From sequence record NC_034628.1: a stretch of 35,035 nt of DNA; one strand, given 5' to 3'. The position numbers and the translations under genes were made by a program. This document shows positions 25,905-34,787 of this stretch, one piece after another; within the stretch, counting starts at the first letter, position 1, and each line of letters begins with the position of its first letter. The notes under the pieces are model-generated. The model was given only the letters and a program-made list of their open reading frames with translations. It ran no database searches and was not told the DNA's origin.

Positions 25905-26969
25905 TTGGAAAAACCAATTTATTACGTTTATCCTCAACATCATGATGTTAGTTTCAAATTTGTAGCTAAAGAACATATAAAAATGTTGAGAGAAAAATAT
26001 ACAGTTTATGAAATTCCAGCTTTATCATTTTATCAATTTACTCCTTTCAGATACCCAATTTCAATTATTCACCCATTTTTTTATTCTATGTGGCACTGGG
26101 GAAAAGTAGAGTTTTCATTTTTTGAACAATATAGATCTAAAGTTAGTCAAATTATTGGAGTTGAAGTAGCTGACAGTGATAGAATTTCAGAAAAATTTAT
26201 AGATTATGCAAATAATTATGCAGATAGACTAATTGGAAATTCAGAATGGACTGTAAACGCTTTTAAAAATTCTGGACTAAAAATTCCAATTTATAAAGTT
26301 GTACATAATTTTAATGAGAGATTATTGGCAAAAGATAATGAGTTAAAAATTGATGAACAAGTTAAATATATTGAAAAAGTTAAAAATGAGAAGAAAATTA
26401 AGCTAATAATGATTTCGCTATGGCATTCTGATTTTAGAAAAGGTGCCGATTTATTCCATGCAATAGCTAGACAACTTCAGAAAGAAAGAGATGATATTTA
26501 TTTCCTAGTAAAAAGTGGAGGGCCTAGGACAGATTTCCAAGATTTGAGAATGTTTAATTTCACGGGAAATACAGATTTTGACAATATCGTGAAGATGTAT
26601 AGAATTTCAGACTTATATCTTTTGACTTCTCGTGGTGGCAGTTTCGAGTTAAACGGTCTTGAGGCTTTTGTGTCAAAAATTCCGACAATCGCCACAAAAG
26701 GCGGTGCATGGGAAGAATATTTTCCATCTCAACTGAAAGATTTACTAGTTGATTCTTGTAGATTTCCAGACGTTTTATGGAATAATCCAATTCATATTGG
26801 TCAAGGAGTAGAAATGTGTACAAATGAGGCAATAGAAAAAATATTAGAAGTTCTGGACAATTTAGACAATTACAAAGCAAAAATTGAAGAAAATTATAAT
26901 TTTTGGTTAGAAAATTTCAGCTATAACGCCGTAAAAAAGCAACTGTTTAACACATTAGAAAAATCTTAA
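25905..26969 (+). CDS. GT-B fold glycosyltransferase
   Basis: RKGAD and SRGGSFELNGLEAFVSKIPTIAT (E-x7-E variant); TTG start with GGTGA RBS. Confidence 0.88.
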   Translation: MEKPIYYVYPQHHDVSFKFVAKEHIKMLREKYTVYEIPALSFYQFTPFRYPISIIHPFFYSMWHWGKVEFSFFEQYRSKVSQIIGVEVADSDRISEKFIDYANNYADRLIGNSEWTVNAFKNSGLKIPIYKVVHNFNERLLAKDNELKIDEQVKYIEKVKNEKKIKLIMISLWHSDFRKGADLFHAIARQLQKERDDIYFLVKSGGPRTDFQDLRMFNFTGNTDFDNIVKMYRISDLYLLTSRGGSFELNGLEAFVSKIPTIATKGGAWEEYFPSQLKDLLVDSCRFPDVLWNNPIHIGQGVEMCTNEAIEKILEVLDNLDNYKAKIEENYNFWLENFSYNAVKKQLFNTLEKS

Positions 26970-26995
26970 ATTGGTCATAAAATCGGAACTATAAT

Positions 26996-28192
26996 ATGGG
27001 ATTTCAAAGAAAAAGTTCAGGAATTATAAAAAGCTTTAGTTCATTAGACATTTTTTCAATTAATTTGTTATATATGGGAATTTTAAGCGGAATAAGTTAT
27101 CCATTATTTGTCTCTGAAATGATGAAAAATGTAAACTTATTATTTGCAGTTTTAATAGGTGCAATTTTTGAAATTCCGCTTTTAGTAATGTATTACATTT
27201 TGACTAAAAAAATTCCGTTAAACGGTGGCGATTATGCATATATTCGCTCAACATTTTCTCCAAAATTTTACACAATTTTCGGAATCTCATTATGGTTAAT
27301 TTACATATTTTCAGCACCAGTTCTAACAGATTTAGTACTTATGAATTTCAATATTCCAATATTTGAGAAATTTCTAATTTCAGAACTACTATTTGCAACT
27401 GCATTACTCAGCGTTAGCAAAAAAACAATTTATGCTTATATAGTAGACGGAATTGCAATTCTACAAATACTTGTATCATTAATTTTGCCAATTTCAAGTT
27501 TTCATTTTGAGATACAGAATTTTACAATATCGAATACTTTACTTTCAGCTTTACTATTTGATTTATCTATGTTTCTATTTTTAAATGCAATTAGTTATAT
27601 AGCTGGAGAGATAAAAAACATAAGCAAAAATGCGAAAATCGGATATTTTGCAAGTTATTTAGTAGTTACTGTATTAGCAGTATTAGACAGTTATTCAAAT
27701 TTAAATATATTATTTCTGTTAATGCCAATATGGTTTATGAGTTATATTTTTGTCACTTCCATGATACAAAGTAGACTAATTCAAAATTTAGCATTTGATA
27801 AAATTTTACCTGAAAAATTTGCAAAAATAACTCCTAACGCACTTCTATTAATCTTTGTCGCTGATACAATTGCAAATATCTTAGAAAATCTTCTAAACTT
27901 TTCAATTTCATTTGGATTTGATGGCTTATTATTTATTTTCTGGAACTTTATAATTGTAAGTTTTGCATTTCTAAAATTAACAAATAATAAACTGTTATTT
28001 TCAATAGTAATGATTAGTCTAATTTTACAGATCTTCATATTTTTCTATCTAGGAATGCAAAATCAAATATTCTATAATTTCGTAATTGAGGGAAATATCA
28101 TATATGCAATATTGAGAATTGTAATAATGCCGATCATTGGAGGAATTATGTATTTAATAAGAAGAAAAGTTATAAACGCTGAGTTAAAATGA
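26996..28192 (+). CDS. APC-superfamily (amino acid permease-like) transporter
   Basis: About 11-12 hydrophobic segments; N-terminal F.RKSSG..KS.S..D; P.NGGDYAYI motif; F......GE.K motif. Confidence 0.82.
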   Translation: MGFQRKSSGIIKSFSSLDIFSINLLYMGILSGISYPLFVSEMMKNVNLLFAVLIGAIFEIPLLVMYYILTKKIPLNGGDYAYIRSTFSPKFYTIFGISLWLIYIFSAPVLTDLVLMNFNIPIFEKFLISELLFATALLSVSKKTIYAYIVDGIAILQILVSLILPISSFHFEIQNFTISNTLLSALLFDLSMFLFLNAISYIAGEIKNISKNAKIGYFASYLVVTVLAVLDSYSNLNILFLLMPIWFMSYIFVTSMIQSRLIQNLAFDKILPEKFAKITPNALLLIFVADTIANILENLLNFSISFGFDGLLFIFWNFIIVSFAFLKLTNNKLLFSIVMISLILQIFIFFYLGMQNQIFYNFVIEGNIIYAILRIVIMPIIGGIMYLIRRKVINAELK

Positions 28193-29124
28193 AATTGGTA
28201 TTTGGCGTTAATACTTCTACAAGTTATTTTTTTAAAACTAATTTTCCAGTTCTAATTAATCAGTTAAGATTTAAGAAAAAAACATGGAAAAATGAAACAT
28301 GGGTCGATAGTGGCGGATTTCAAATTATAATGCATAATCTAAAAATTTCTGTAAATGATGTCTTACAAAAGTATAAAAGTGTTAATGCTTATGCTTTCTT
28401 TTCGCTGGACATACCAAGTATTTTTTCACCTCTTAACAAAAAAAATTTCGAATATTTTGAGTATCTATATACGAAACTCGAGTATATAGAAAAAATTATA
28501 CCTGTGATACATATTTATCCACTTCAAGATGTAGACGAAGCTATAGATTTTTATAAACAATACTCTTACTATTTCGCAATTGGTGGAATTATGACTTCCA
28601 GCAAAATGAAAGTTTTAATTTATACATTTCCATGGATTTATTATATAAGAAAAAAAGTTCCATATCTACATATTTTAGGCATGTCAGGCCCATATTTTTT
28701 ACAAATTTTTAATAATATGCAAAGCATGGATACCGCAATTTGTTCAACAATTTCAGCGTTTAAAGAAATAATTTGGTTTAATGGATCTAGAAGATATATT
28801 GGAAATATGAAAACAAAAAGGGAAAGATATAAAATTACAAAAGACGAAAAAGAACAACTTTTTAAATTTTTAGACAAACATAACTTTCCATTTGAATATA
28901 ACTTAAACGATAATAAAATTCTAGAACTTATAAACGCATATATATTATTATATAACAATTGGAAAATTAAGAATAAATATACAGAATATTCAGAAAAACT
29001 TAAGAGAATGGGAATGGATAGTTTAACAAGTGAGTTAATTAGAAATTATAAATTTGCTAATGAAATATTGAAAGAGAAAAAGAATAAAAAGAAAAAAGAA
29101 GATGAATTAGAACTTGAGATATAG
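28189..29124 (+). CDS. tRNA-guanine transglycosylase (TGT/DpdA)-like TIM-barrel protein
   Basis: DSGGFQ, SLDIP, AIGG, HILG and MDT motifs; no CxCxxC Zn site seen; ATGA overlap with the transporter. Confidence 0.8.
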   Translation: MKLVFGVNTSTSYFFKTNFPVLINQLRFKKKTWKNETWVDSGGFQIIMHNLKISVNDVLQKYKSVNAYAFFSLDIPSIFSPLNKKNFEYFEYLYTKLEYIEKIIPVIHIYPLQDVDEAIDFYKQYSYYFAIGGIMTSSKMKVLIYTFPWIYYIRKKVPYLHILGMSGPYFLQIFNNMQSMDTAICSTISAFKEIIWFNGSRRYIGNMKTKRERYKITKDEKEQLFKFLDKHNFPFEYNLNDNKILELINAYILLYNNWKIKNKYTEYSEKLKRMGMDSLTSELIRNYKFANEILKEKKNKKKKEDELELEI

Positions 29125-29141
29125 AAATTCATATTTTCACA

Positions 29142-29747
29142 TCATTCTTCTTCATCATCATCAGCAATATCACTGTCATCATCAATATCATATTCAAGAA
29201 TATTAATAACTGTCTCTATTGCATCTTTAAATTTTGTTTTTATCTCCTCAGGTCTTAGTAGACCATAAACTTCATTACTTAAAGTCTCAGAAATTTTATC
29301 TACATTTATTTTCTCTAACTCAACAAAAATGCATATATCTAAGTAATATAAACCCAACAATACACTAGTTATATACTCTTCAGCAATTCTCTTTTTTTCT
29401 TCTTCTGGAAAATCAAATTTAATGATAACTTGTTTAAACTCGTATTTTTGATTATCAATTTTTTTCTTTAATGTAACAGTAAATTCAGAATTTTTCATAA
29501 AAGCATTAAATAACTTTTCTGAATCTTTTTCATTAAACATCGTTAATCCATCAGATCTCTTTATTTTCCATCCATCTTTTTCTAAAATTGTTGAAATTGT
29601 TTGACCTATCGTTTCAACTAATGAATCCTTAAAATTAGTATAGCAAGATTCGCTAATATTATCTTCTCTTAAACTTTCACTAATATTTTCACTAAATTTA
29701 TCTAGATCTAATTCCCTTAAAATTATGCTTTCAATTTGCTCCGTCAT
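29142..29747 (-). CDS. Acidic hypothetical protein, about 201 aa (paralog of 33864-34388)
   Basis: Shared SCYTNFK, EKDGW, EKLFNAFMKNS; D/E tail; start set at ATG 29747. Confidence 0.8.
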   Translation of the reverse strand: MTEQIESIILRELDLDKFSENISESLREDNISESCYTNFKDSLVETIGQTISTILEKDGWKIKRSDGLTMFNEKDSEKLFNAFMKNSEFTVTLKKKIDNQKYEFKQVIIKFDFPEEEKKRIAEEYITSVLLGLYYLDICIFVELEKINVDKISETLSNEVYGLLRPEEIKTKFKDAIETVINILEYDIDDDSDIADDDEEE

Positions 29748-29906
29748 CTTTTCATTTCCCCAAATCAATTTATCGATTATGACAAATTTAAAAACATCTC
29801 GAATTTTCGATTTAGAAATCTTTAAAAATGCAAATTATTTATTATTTATAAATTTAGGAATATATTAATTTTTTAATGTCATACTACGAACTTTATTTGA
29901 ACTAAA

Positions 29907-30617
29907 ATGAGGAAGATATACGCAAATGTAAAACAAATTAGAGTTAGTACGTCTATACCACAAAACGCACAACTTCTATGGCAAAATAATAACTTAGCTC
30001 TATATTATACCTATGATCCTTCTCAAGGAGAAGTTGACTGGATTATGCAAAATAATACAAATTCTTCTATATTAGTGTCATTGTTAAGAGGTGCTGAATT
30101 AAACATTAATGGTCAAATTTATACAATTCCAGATTATCTATTTGGAAATGCTTTTGCTGAAGTTTATTTTGCAAACAATTTGTCTAATTTTATAACTGAT
30201 TTAAACAATATTCCGCTTTATTCCTTAGCAATTATAAATAATAATGATGGAGTTAGAACTATAGCTTTTGTCTTCCAAATACCGCCAAATTCTGTGATAA
30301 TAGCACCAGAATATGGATTTACTGGATTACAAAACATAAATGGACAATTGTTAGAAACAACTCCAATTAATCAAAATCTATTCGGAATAATTTATGATTT
30401 TAGTGAAATTATAGAGTATAAATATCAAACTGGAATTAATGTGAATTATCCTCCAGACCCATACATGGTTCAAAGTTACCAATTTCTAGTTAATAATCTA
30501 GGTCAAATCATGACTCAAAGATTAATACTAGAAATACCAGAAAGCGATATAAATGCTGTAAAATCCCTAGTTTCAGATTTTCAAAAAGTAATAGATAAAT
30601 TAAAGAAGATATTTTGA
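29907..30617 (+). CDS. Hypothetical beta-rich protein, 236 aa
   Basis: Long ORF with GTC promoter at 29878. Confidence 0.8.
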   Translation: MRKIYANVKQIRVSTSIPQNAQLLWQNNNLALYYTYDPSQGEVDWIMQNNTNSSILVSLLRGAELNINGQIYTIPDYLFGNAFAEVYFANNLSNFITDLNNIPLYSLAIINNNDGVRTIAFVFQIPPNSVIIAPEYGFTGLQNINGQLLETTPINQNLFGIIYDFSEIIEYKYQTGINVNYPPDPYMVQSYQFLVNNLGQIMTQRLILEIPESDINAVKSLVSDFQKVIDKLKKIF

Positions 30618-30639
30618 GCTAAGTCAATTTTTCATTTTT

Positions 30640-30834
30640 TTAATGATGGAAACAATGAGACCATAAGTCTACGAAAATTCCAGCTATAATTATCAGTTGA
30701 AAAATTATGATCAATTTTAGAAATTCATTTTGAACATTAAAATAAAGAATGAAAGAGAGAATAAAGAGAATTATCAGGCCATATAAATCGTGAGTTTTTC
30801 CGTGAATAAAATAATAAAACATGTTACAACTCAT
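30640..30834 (-). CDS. Small two-TM membrane protein with His residues
   Basis: C-terminal part of ORF-track 30640-30912; start uncertain. Confidence 0.45.
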   Translation of the reverse strand: MSCNMFYYFIHGKTHDLYGLIILFILSFILYFNVQNEFLKLIIIFQLIIIAGIFVDLWSHCFHH

Positions 30835-30869
30835 AAATTTAAGTTGAAAAATGACAATTAAAAAATTAC

Positions 30870-31175
30870 TTAATAATATGTTTTCCAAATTAACAAAGCT
30901 ATTAAATACCATAATTGTTCTTTTGGTATTTCGGCAAATATACCGTTTTTAGCAAATTTATACGCATTATAAAGTCCTTCTATTTCATGTGTTATATCTT
31001 CAATTTTCCATTTTTCAGGTTCCATAATTCCATTTTTTGTTTTAATTTCAATTGATGTTTTCATGTCCTTTATCCGTATTTTTAATTTATTATATTCATT
31101 ATTTCCTTTCTTAACTTTTACTAATTGCATAGAAAAATTTAATTCTAAATCCTTTACAACTCCTTCTTCTGTCAT
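30870..31175 (-). CDS. Hypothetical protein, about 101 aa
   Basis: TTTAAATTTGTCATAA promoter at about 31205-31220; start MTEEG. Confidence 0.75.
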   Translation of the reverse strand: MTEEGVVKDLELNFSMQLVKVKKGNNEYNKLKIRIKDMKTSIEIKTKNGIMEPEKWKIEDITHEIEGLYNAYKFAKNGIFAEIPKEQLWYLIALLIWKTYY

Positions 31176-31289
31176 TTTTTCATTCCCATAAAAAAGCATA
31201 TAATTTATGACAAATTTAAAAATGTCTCAAGTTTTTAATTTTCAAAATAATAAGTTAAGAAAAAGAAAAAAATATAAAATAAGAAAAGA

Positions 31290-31844
31290 TTAACTTAACA
31301 ATTGATCTAACTCTTCATCAAAAATTATATCAATTTTTCCATCTTTAATCACTATTTTACCTGACAAATTTTCTCCGAAATAATGCGGCAACATTCCAAA
31401 TCCCACTGTTCTAGTTCTTCCGCTAATTTTGTATTCAATTTCTGCATTATTATTACACCAAAGATGTTTCACATAACCTAATGAACCTGCAGGAGACATT
31501 AACACACTGGTTTGTTGACATTCGCCAGATAATACTTTAACTGAAACATCGCCTCTAAATCCACTAGGAATTTCAATAACATATAATACTGAATTTGGCT
31601 CATATTTTATTACTAAAGTTCCTTTTTCTGTAACTGTCATTTTCGCATTTTGTAATTTAAGTGCAATTGAACTAATTGACTCAAATTCTATAAAACTTTC
31701 ATTTCCATCATTTTTGACAAATCTTCCGCTGATATAGATAATTCTTCCTCTCTTTCTGGAACCGATACCAGTAAGATCTAATTGTTTATCTTCAAAATAT
31801 GGATATTTTCCATCTTTTAATTGAATTGGTAATTTGTAATTCAT
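31290..31844 (-). CDS. Beta-rich hypothetical protein, about 184 aa, co-transcribed with the acrIIIB1 homologue
   Basis: GAGGTGA RBS just downstream of the upstream gene's stop. Confidence 0.8.
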   Translation of the reverse strand: MNYKLPIQLKDGKYPYFEDKQLDLTGIGSRKRGRIIYISGRFVKNDGNESFIEFESISSIALKLQNAKMTVTEKGTLVIKYEPNSVLYVIEIPSGFRGDVSVKVLSGECQQTSVLMSPAGSLGYVKHLWCNNNAEIEYKISGRTRTVGFGMLPHYFGENLSGKIVIKDGKIDIIFDEELDQLLS

Positions 31845-31854
31845 TTTTTTCACC

Positions 31855-32577
31855 TCAATCAACTTTATTTTTCCTAGGTCTTGGATGAGTTATTAAATAA
31901 TATTTATTTCCGCTTAACATAACTGAATTTTCGCCATGATCAGCTGATTTCATAACAAATACAGTAGCGTCTTGCGGATGTACTAAAAACGTAGAACCTG
32001 GCACTGGAAACAAATCAGTAGCTAACACAGTATTTGAAAATTGTATTTCATGATTATAAATCGTTATACTGTTTACATGATTGAAATTAAGATTTAATTC
32101 ATTATCCGGCGGTGGAACTTCATAGATTTCCAAATTGCCTTGATTATACGTTAAATTAAATTGGTATAGTTGACCTTTTACAAATATATCGAAAAATTCT
32201 ATTGCATAATTAGTATAACTAATAAGTAATTTTTTAGAATTAAGATTTAAAAGTTCTAGTTCTTTTAATATAATACTTTTCATATCCTCTAAACTTCTTG
32301 TAATTTTATTTCTCCTATAAATCGAAATTATTGATGGGGCAGGCGTATAATATATTCCTTTTACTTCTTCTAATTGATAATCATTACTCCTAAAACATCC
32401 ATTAAATGTTAATCCAGATCTTGAAATATATTTAGAACAATTAACATAATAATTAGATGTTAACGAAATTTTAGTAACTTGACCATTAATATGTTTCAAC
32501 ATAAAAACAATTGGTAAATATTTTATTTGTTTCAAAATTTTAACTTCATATTTTTTAACTTGATCTTCTTTGGACAT
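31855..32577 (-). CDS. acrIIIB1: Anti-CRISPR AcrIIIB1 homologue (SIRV2 gp48 family)
   Basis: Motifs shared with recalled gp48: VNC..Y.SRSG.T..GC, EV.GIY.TP..SIIS..YR, RS..D.K, S.DH and C-terminal HPRPR; GGTGA RBS; GTC promoter. Confidence 0.8.
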   Translation of the reverse strand: MSKEDQVKKYEVKILKQIKYLPIVFMLKHINGQVTKISLTSNYYVNCSKYISRSGLTFNGCFRSNDYQLEEVKGIYYTPAPSIISIYRRNKITRSLEDMKSIILKELELLNLNSKKLLISYTNYAIEFFDIFVKGQLYQFNLTYNQGNLEIYEVPPPDNELNLNFNHVNSITIYNHEIQFSNTVLATDLFPVPGSTFLVHPQDATVFVMKSADHGENSVMLSGNKYYLITHPRPRKNKVD

Positions 32578-32774
32578 ATGCGTTATCACCCGCAAATGAA
32601 AATATATTATATGACAAATATAAAGCTTTTTTTATCTTTCGATTTCGAAATTTATCAAAACTTTTGTATTGATATTTCAAGACTAAAAATAATCAAACAT
32701 AAAAATAAGAAGCAGAAAAATGTTACGTAAAAAATGAAAAAATCGAAAAATAAAAAAGAAAGATAAAATTGACA

Positions 32775-33227
32775 TTACTCTTTAATTAAATCTATTGGAT
32801 AATGTTTTTTCAAAATATAATATAATTTGAAATATCTCGGTTCTGCATAATCAATATTCGACTCTGGTAATTTCTCTAATATTTTTATAATATCTTCTGG
32901 AATATCATATTCTTTAAAATATCTTAATTGTAATCTTCCTTTGATAATTGAATATTCATAGAAATAATATGCCTTATTATTTAAAATGACAAGAGTTTTA
33001 TATCCAGTGCTATCTGAACGAATTGCAACATATTTTACTTCACTGTTTGAAACAAAAATTATACCATTAATTAAATGATCATCTGCAATTTTTCTTAATT
33101 TTTCAAAAACATTTTCTATATCTTTATCATGATTTGTAGATATTAATTTTGTCTTAATTTCATCAATTTGTTGTTTTAAAACTTCCAAACTGTTAATTAT
33201 CTCATTTATAAGTTTATTTTCACTCAT
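32775..33227 (-). CDS. Hypothetical protein, about 150 aa
   Basis: N-terminal coiled coil; TTATATATTTGTCATAT promoter at about 33258-33274. Confidence 0.75.
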   Translation of the reverse strand: MSENKLINEIINSLEVLKQQIDEIKTKLISTNHDKDIENVFEKLRKIADDHLINGIIFVSNSEVKYVAIRSDSTGYKTLVILNNKAYYFYEYSIIKGRLQLRYFKEYDIPEDIIKILEKLPESNIDYAEPRYFKLYYILKKHYPIDLIKE

Positions 33228-33419
33228 TTTCTTTCCTTCAAAAAACAACTAGCTAGATATGACAAATATATAACTTTTTTTCTTTTTCGGTTTATAAACT
33301 TCTTAAACTGGTAGAATTATTATTTGAAATTTGAAAAAAATTATTGATAAAGATAAATAATAAAGACAACAAAAATATAAAAATAAAAGAGAAAAATAGT
33401 CGATAAAAAAAGAATTGAC

Positions 33420-33587
33420 TTACCAACATTCGCTCATATATCTCTTTACAACTCTTTCTGAAATTCCTAATATTTTTGCAATTTCTGTAATGCTTTTTCC
33501 TTCTTTCGCTAACTCATGGACTAACGAAATCATATCATCTTTGCTTTGTATGTAATATCTCACGTTTTCGACTTGTATGACTTTCAT
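33420..33587 (-). CDS. HTH protein, SIRV Gp1 (ORF55/56a/83) family, 55 aa (not in ORF track)
   Basis: MKVIQVENVRYYIQSKDDMISLVHELAKEGKSITEIAKILGISERVVKRYMSECW, matching recalled SIRV1 ORF55 (VRYY..S.DD.....HELAK....IA..LG.SER.V.RY); GAGGT RBS. Confidence 0.85.
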   Translation of the reverse strand: MKVIQVENVRYYIQSKDDMISLVHELAKEGKSITEIAKILGISERVVKRYMSECW

Positions 33588-33686
33588 CTTTCTTACCTCA
33601 TACTATAGTATGTAAAAACTCATATATAAAGTTTTCTCTATACTTTTACCTTTATAGATTACGCCATTTTTCTTATAAAAGAGTAT

Positions 33687-33848
33687 TTAATCTTTATATT
33701 TCTTTTTTAACATTCTGACTAATTCTTCTTCTTCAATTCGTTTCATTTCCTGCCTAAATTCCAATAAGAAAAAGATAAATAACGATTCATAAAAAATTCC
33801 AGCAATAATTAAAAGCCATATTGGATCTATTGATGTATTTAAATTCAT
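33687..33848 (-). CDS. Small single-TM protein, 53 aa (not in ORF track)
   Basis: MNLNTSIDPIWLLIIAGIFYESLFIFFLLEFRQEMKRIEEEELVRMLKKKYKD; directly follows the 33864 ORF. Confidence 0.55.
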   Translation of the reverse strand: MNLNTSIDPIWLLIIAGIFYESLFIFFLLEFRQEMKRIEEEELVRMLKKKYKD

Positions 33849-33863
33849 AATCTCACATCTCAT

Positions 33864-34388
33864 CTATACTTTTTCATTCATAATTTTCTCTAGCTTATCC
33901 CTAAATTTTATTTTTATCTCATCAGGACTCAGAATTTGATAAACTTCATCACTGAGAAGTTCAACTAATATATCTATGTCTTTTTCTTCTAAATTGTCAA
34001 AAATACACTCATCTAGATAATGAAAATCATTAAGTATATTATCTAAATATATTTTTGCAATTTCCTTTTTCTCGATTTCTGAAAAATCAAATTTAACAAT
34101 AGTTTCTTTAAAATCATAATTCAATTCATCTATCTTTTTATTTAATCTTACTGTAATTTTAGAATTTTTCATAAATGCATTAAATAATTTTTCTTCTTCA
34201 TCTTTCTCAAAATATTGTAAATCCCAGCCATCTTTTTCTACAATTTCAGAAATCATTTGAATTATTGTAACTATCGTAATTTCTTTAAAATTTGTATAAC
34301 AACTTTGAATATTATTATCAATATCTAACCATGCAGTGATATTTATATTAAATTTTTCTTTATCCAATTCTTTTAGAACGATAATCAT
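33864..34388 (-). CDS. Acidic hypothetical protein, 174 aa (paralog of 29142-29747)
   Basis: Shared motifs as above; GTC promoter at about 34413-34425. Confidence 0.8.
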   Translation of the reverse strand: MIIVLKELDKEKFNINITAWLDIDNNIQSCYTNFKEITIVTIIQMISEIVEKDGWDLQYFEKDEEEKLFNAFMKNSKITVRLNKKIDELNYDFKETIVKFDFSEIEKKEIAKIYLDNILNDFHYLDECIFDNLEEKDIDILVELLSDEVYQILSPDEIKIKFRDKLEKIMNEKV

Positions 34389-34506
34389 AACATATCATTT
34401 TTCTTTTATTTTTATGACATATTTATGTTTCTCTCAATAAATGTTAGTCATGAATTTTTATTTCAAACTTGAGAAAAATTTGACATAAAAAAAATAACTT
34501 AAAAAA

Positions 34507-34785
34507 TTATTGGCTAAAACTAAGATATTCATTAATGATTTCTAAGAATGTATTAAATCCGCCAACATCTTTTTCACTTTCATACAAAGTATTGCTAAAA
34601 TCGCCATTGAAAATATATTTTAGCTTGTAACCGTTGTCATATATTAAAAAAATATCTACAAACTGAAAATTAAAAAATTCTTTTTCTTCTTCAAATCCTG
34701 TACTTTTCAACTCTTCAGGCGTAAGCGAAACTAAAAAAACTTCTCCTTTTTCTTTTGCTTTTTGCAAGATTTCGAATGCTTTCAT
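34507..34785 (-). CDS. Acidic hypothetical protein, 92 aa (first gene inside right ITR)
   Basis: Driven by the ITR promoter (TATA 34821-34828) and GAGGAG RBS. Confidence 0.8.
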   Translation of the reverse strand: MKAFEILQKAKEKGEVFLVSLTPEELKSTGFEEEKEFFNFQFVDIFLIYDNGYKLKYIFNGDFSNTLYESEKDVGGFNTFLEIINEYLSFSQ

Positions 34786-34787
34786 TC

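Noticed and set aside
25240-32730. ORF-track entries 25240-25476, 25725-25976, 26498-26695, 26560-26880, 27781-28038, 28641-28958, 32527-32730
   Set aside because: Antisense shadows of well-supported genes or of promoter DNA.
34507-34785. Terminal 92-aa acidic ORF as AcrID1
   Set aside because: Size and acidity fit, but I could not align the recalled AcrID1 motifs (e.g. FEWWEF, EMHFW); left as hypothetical.
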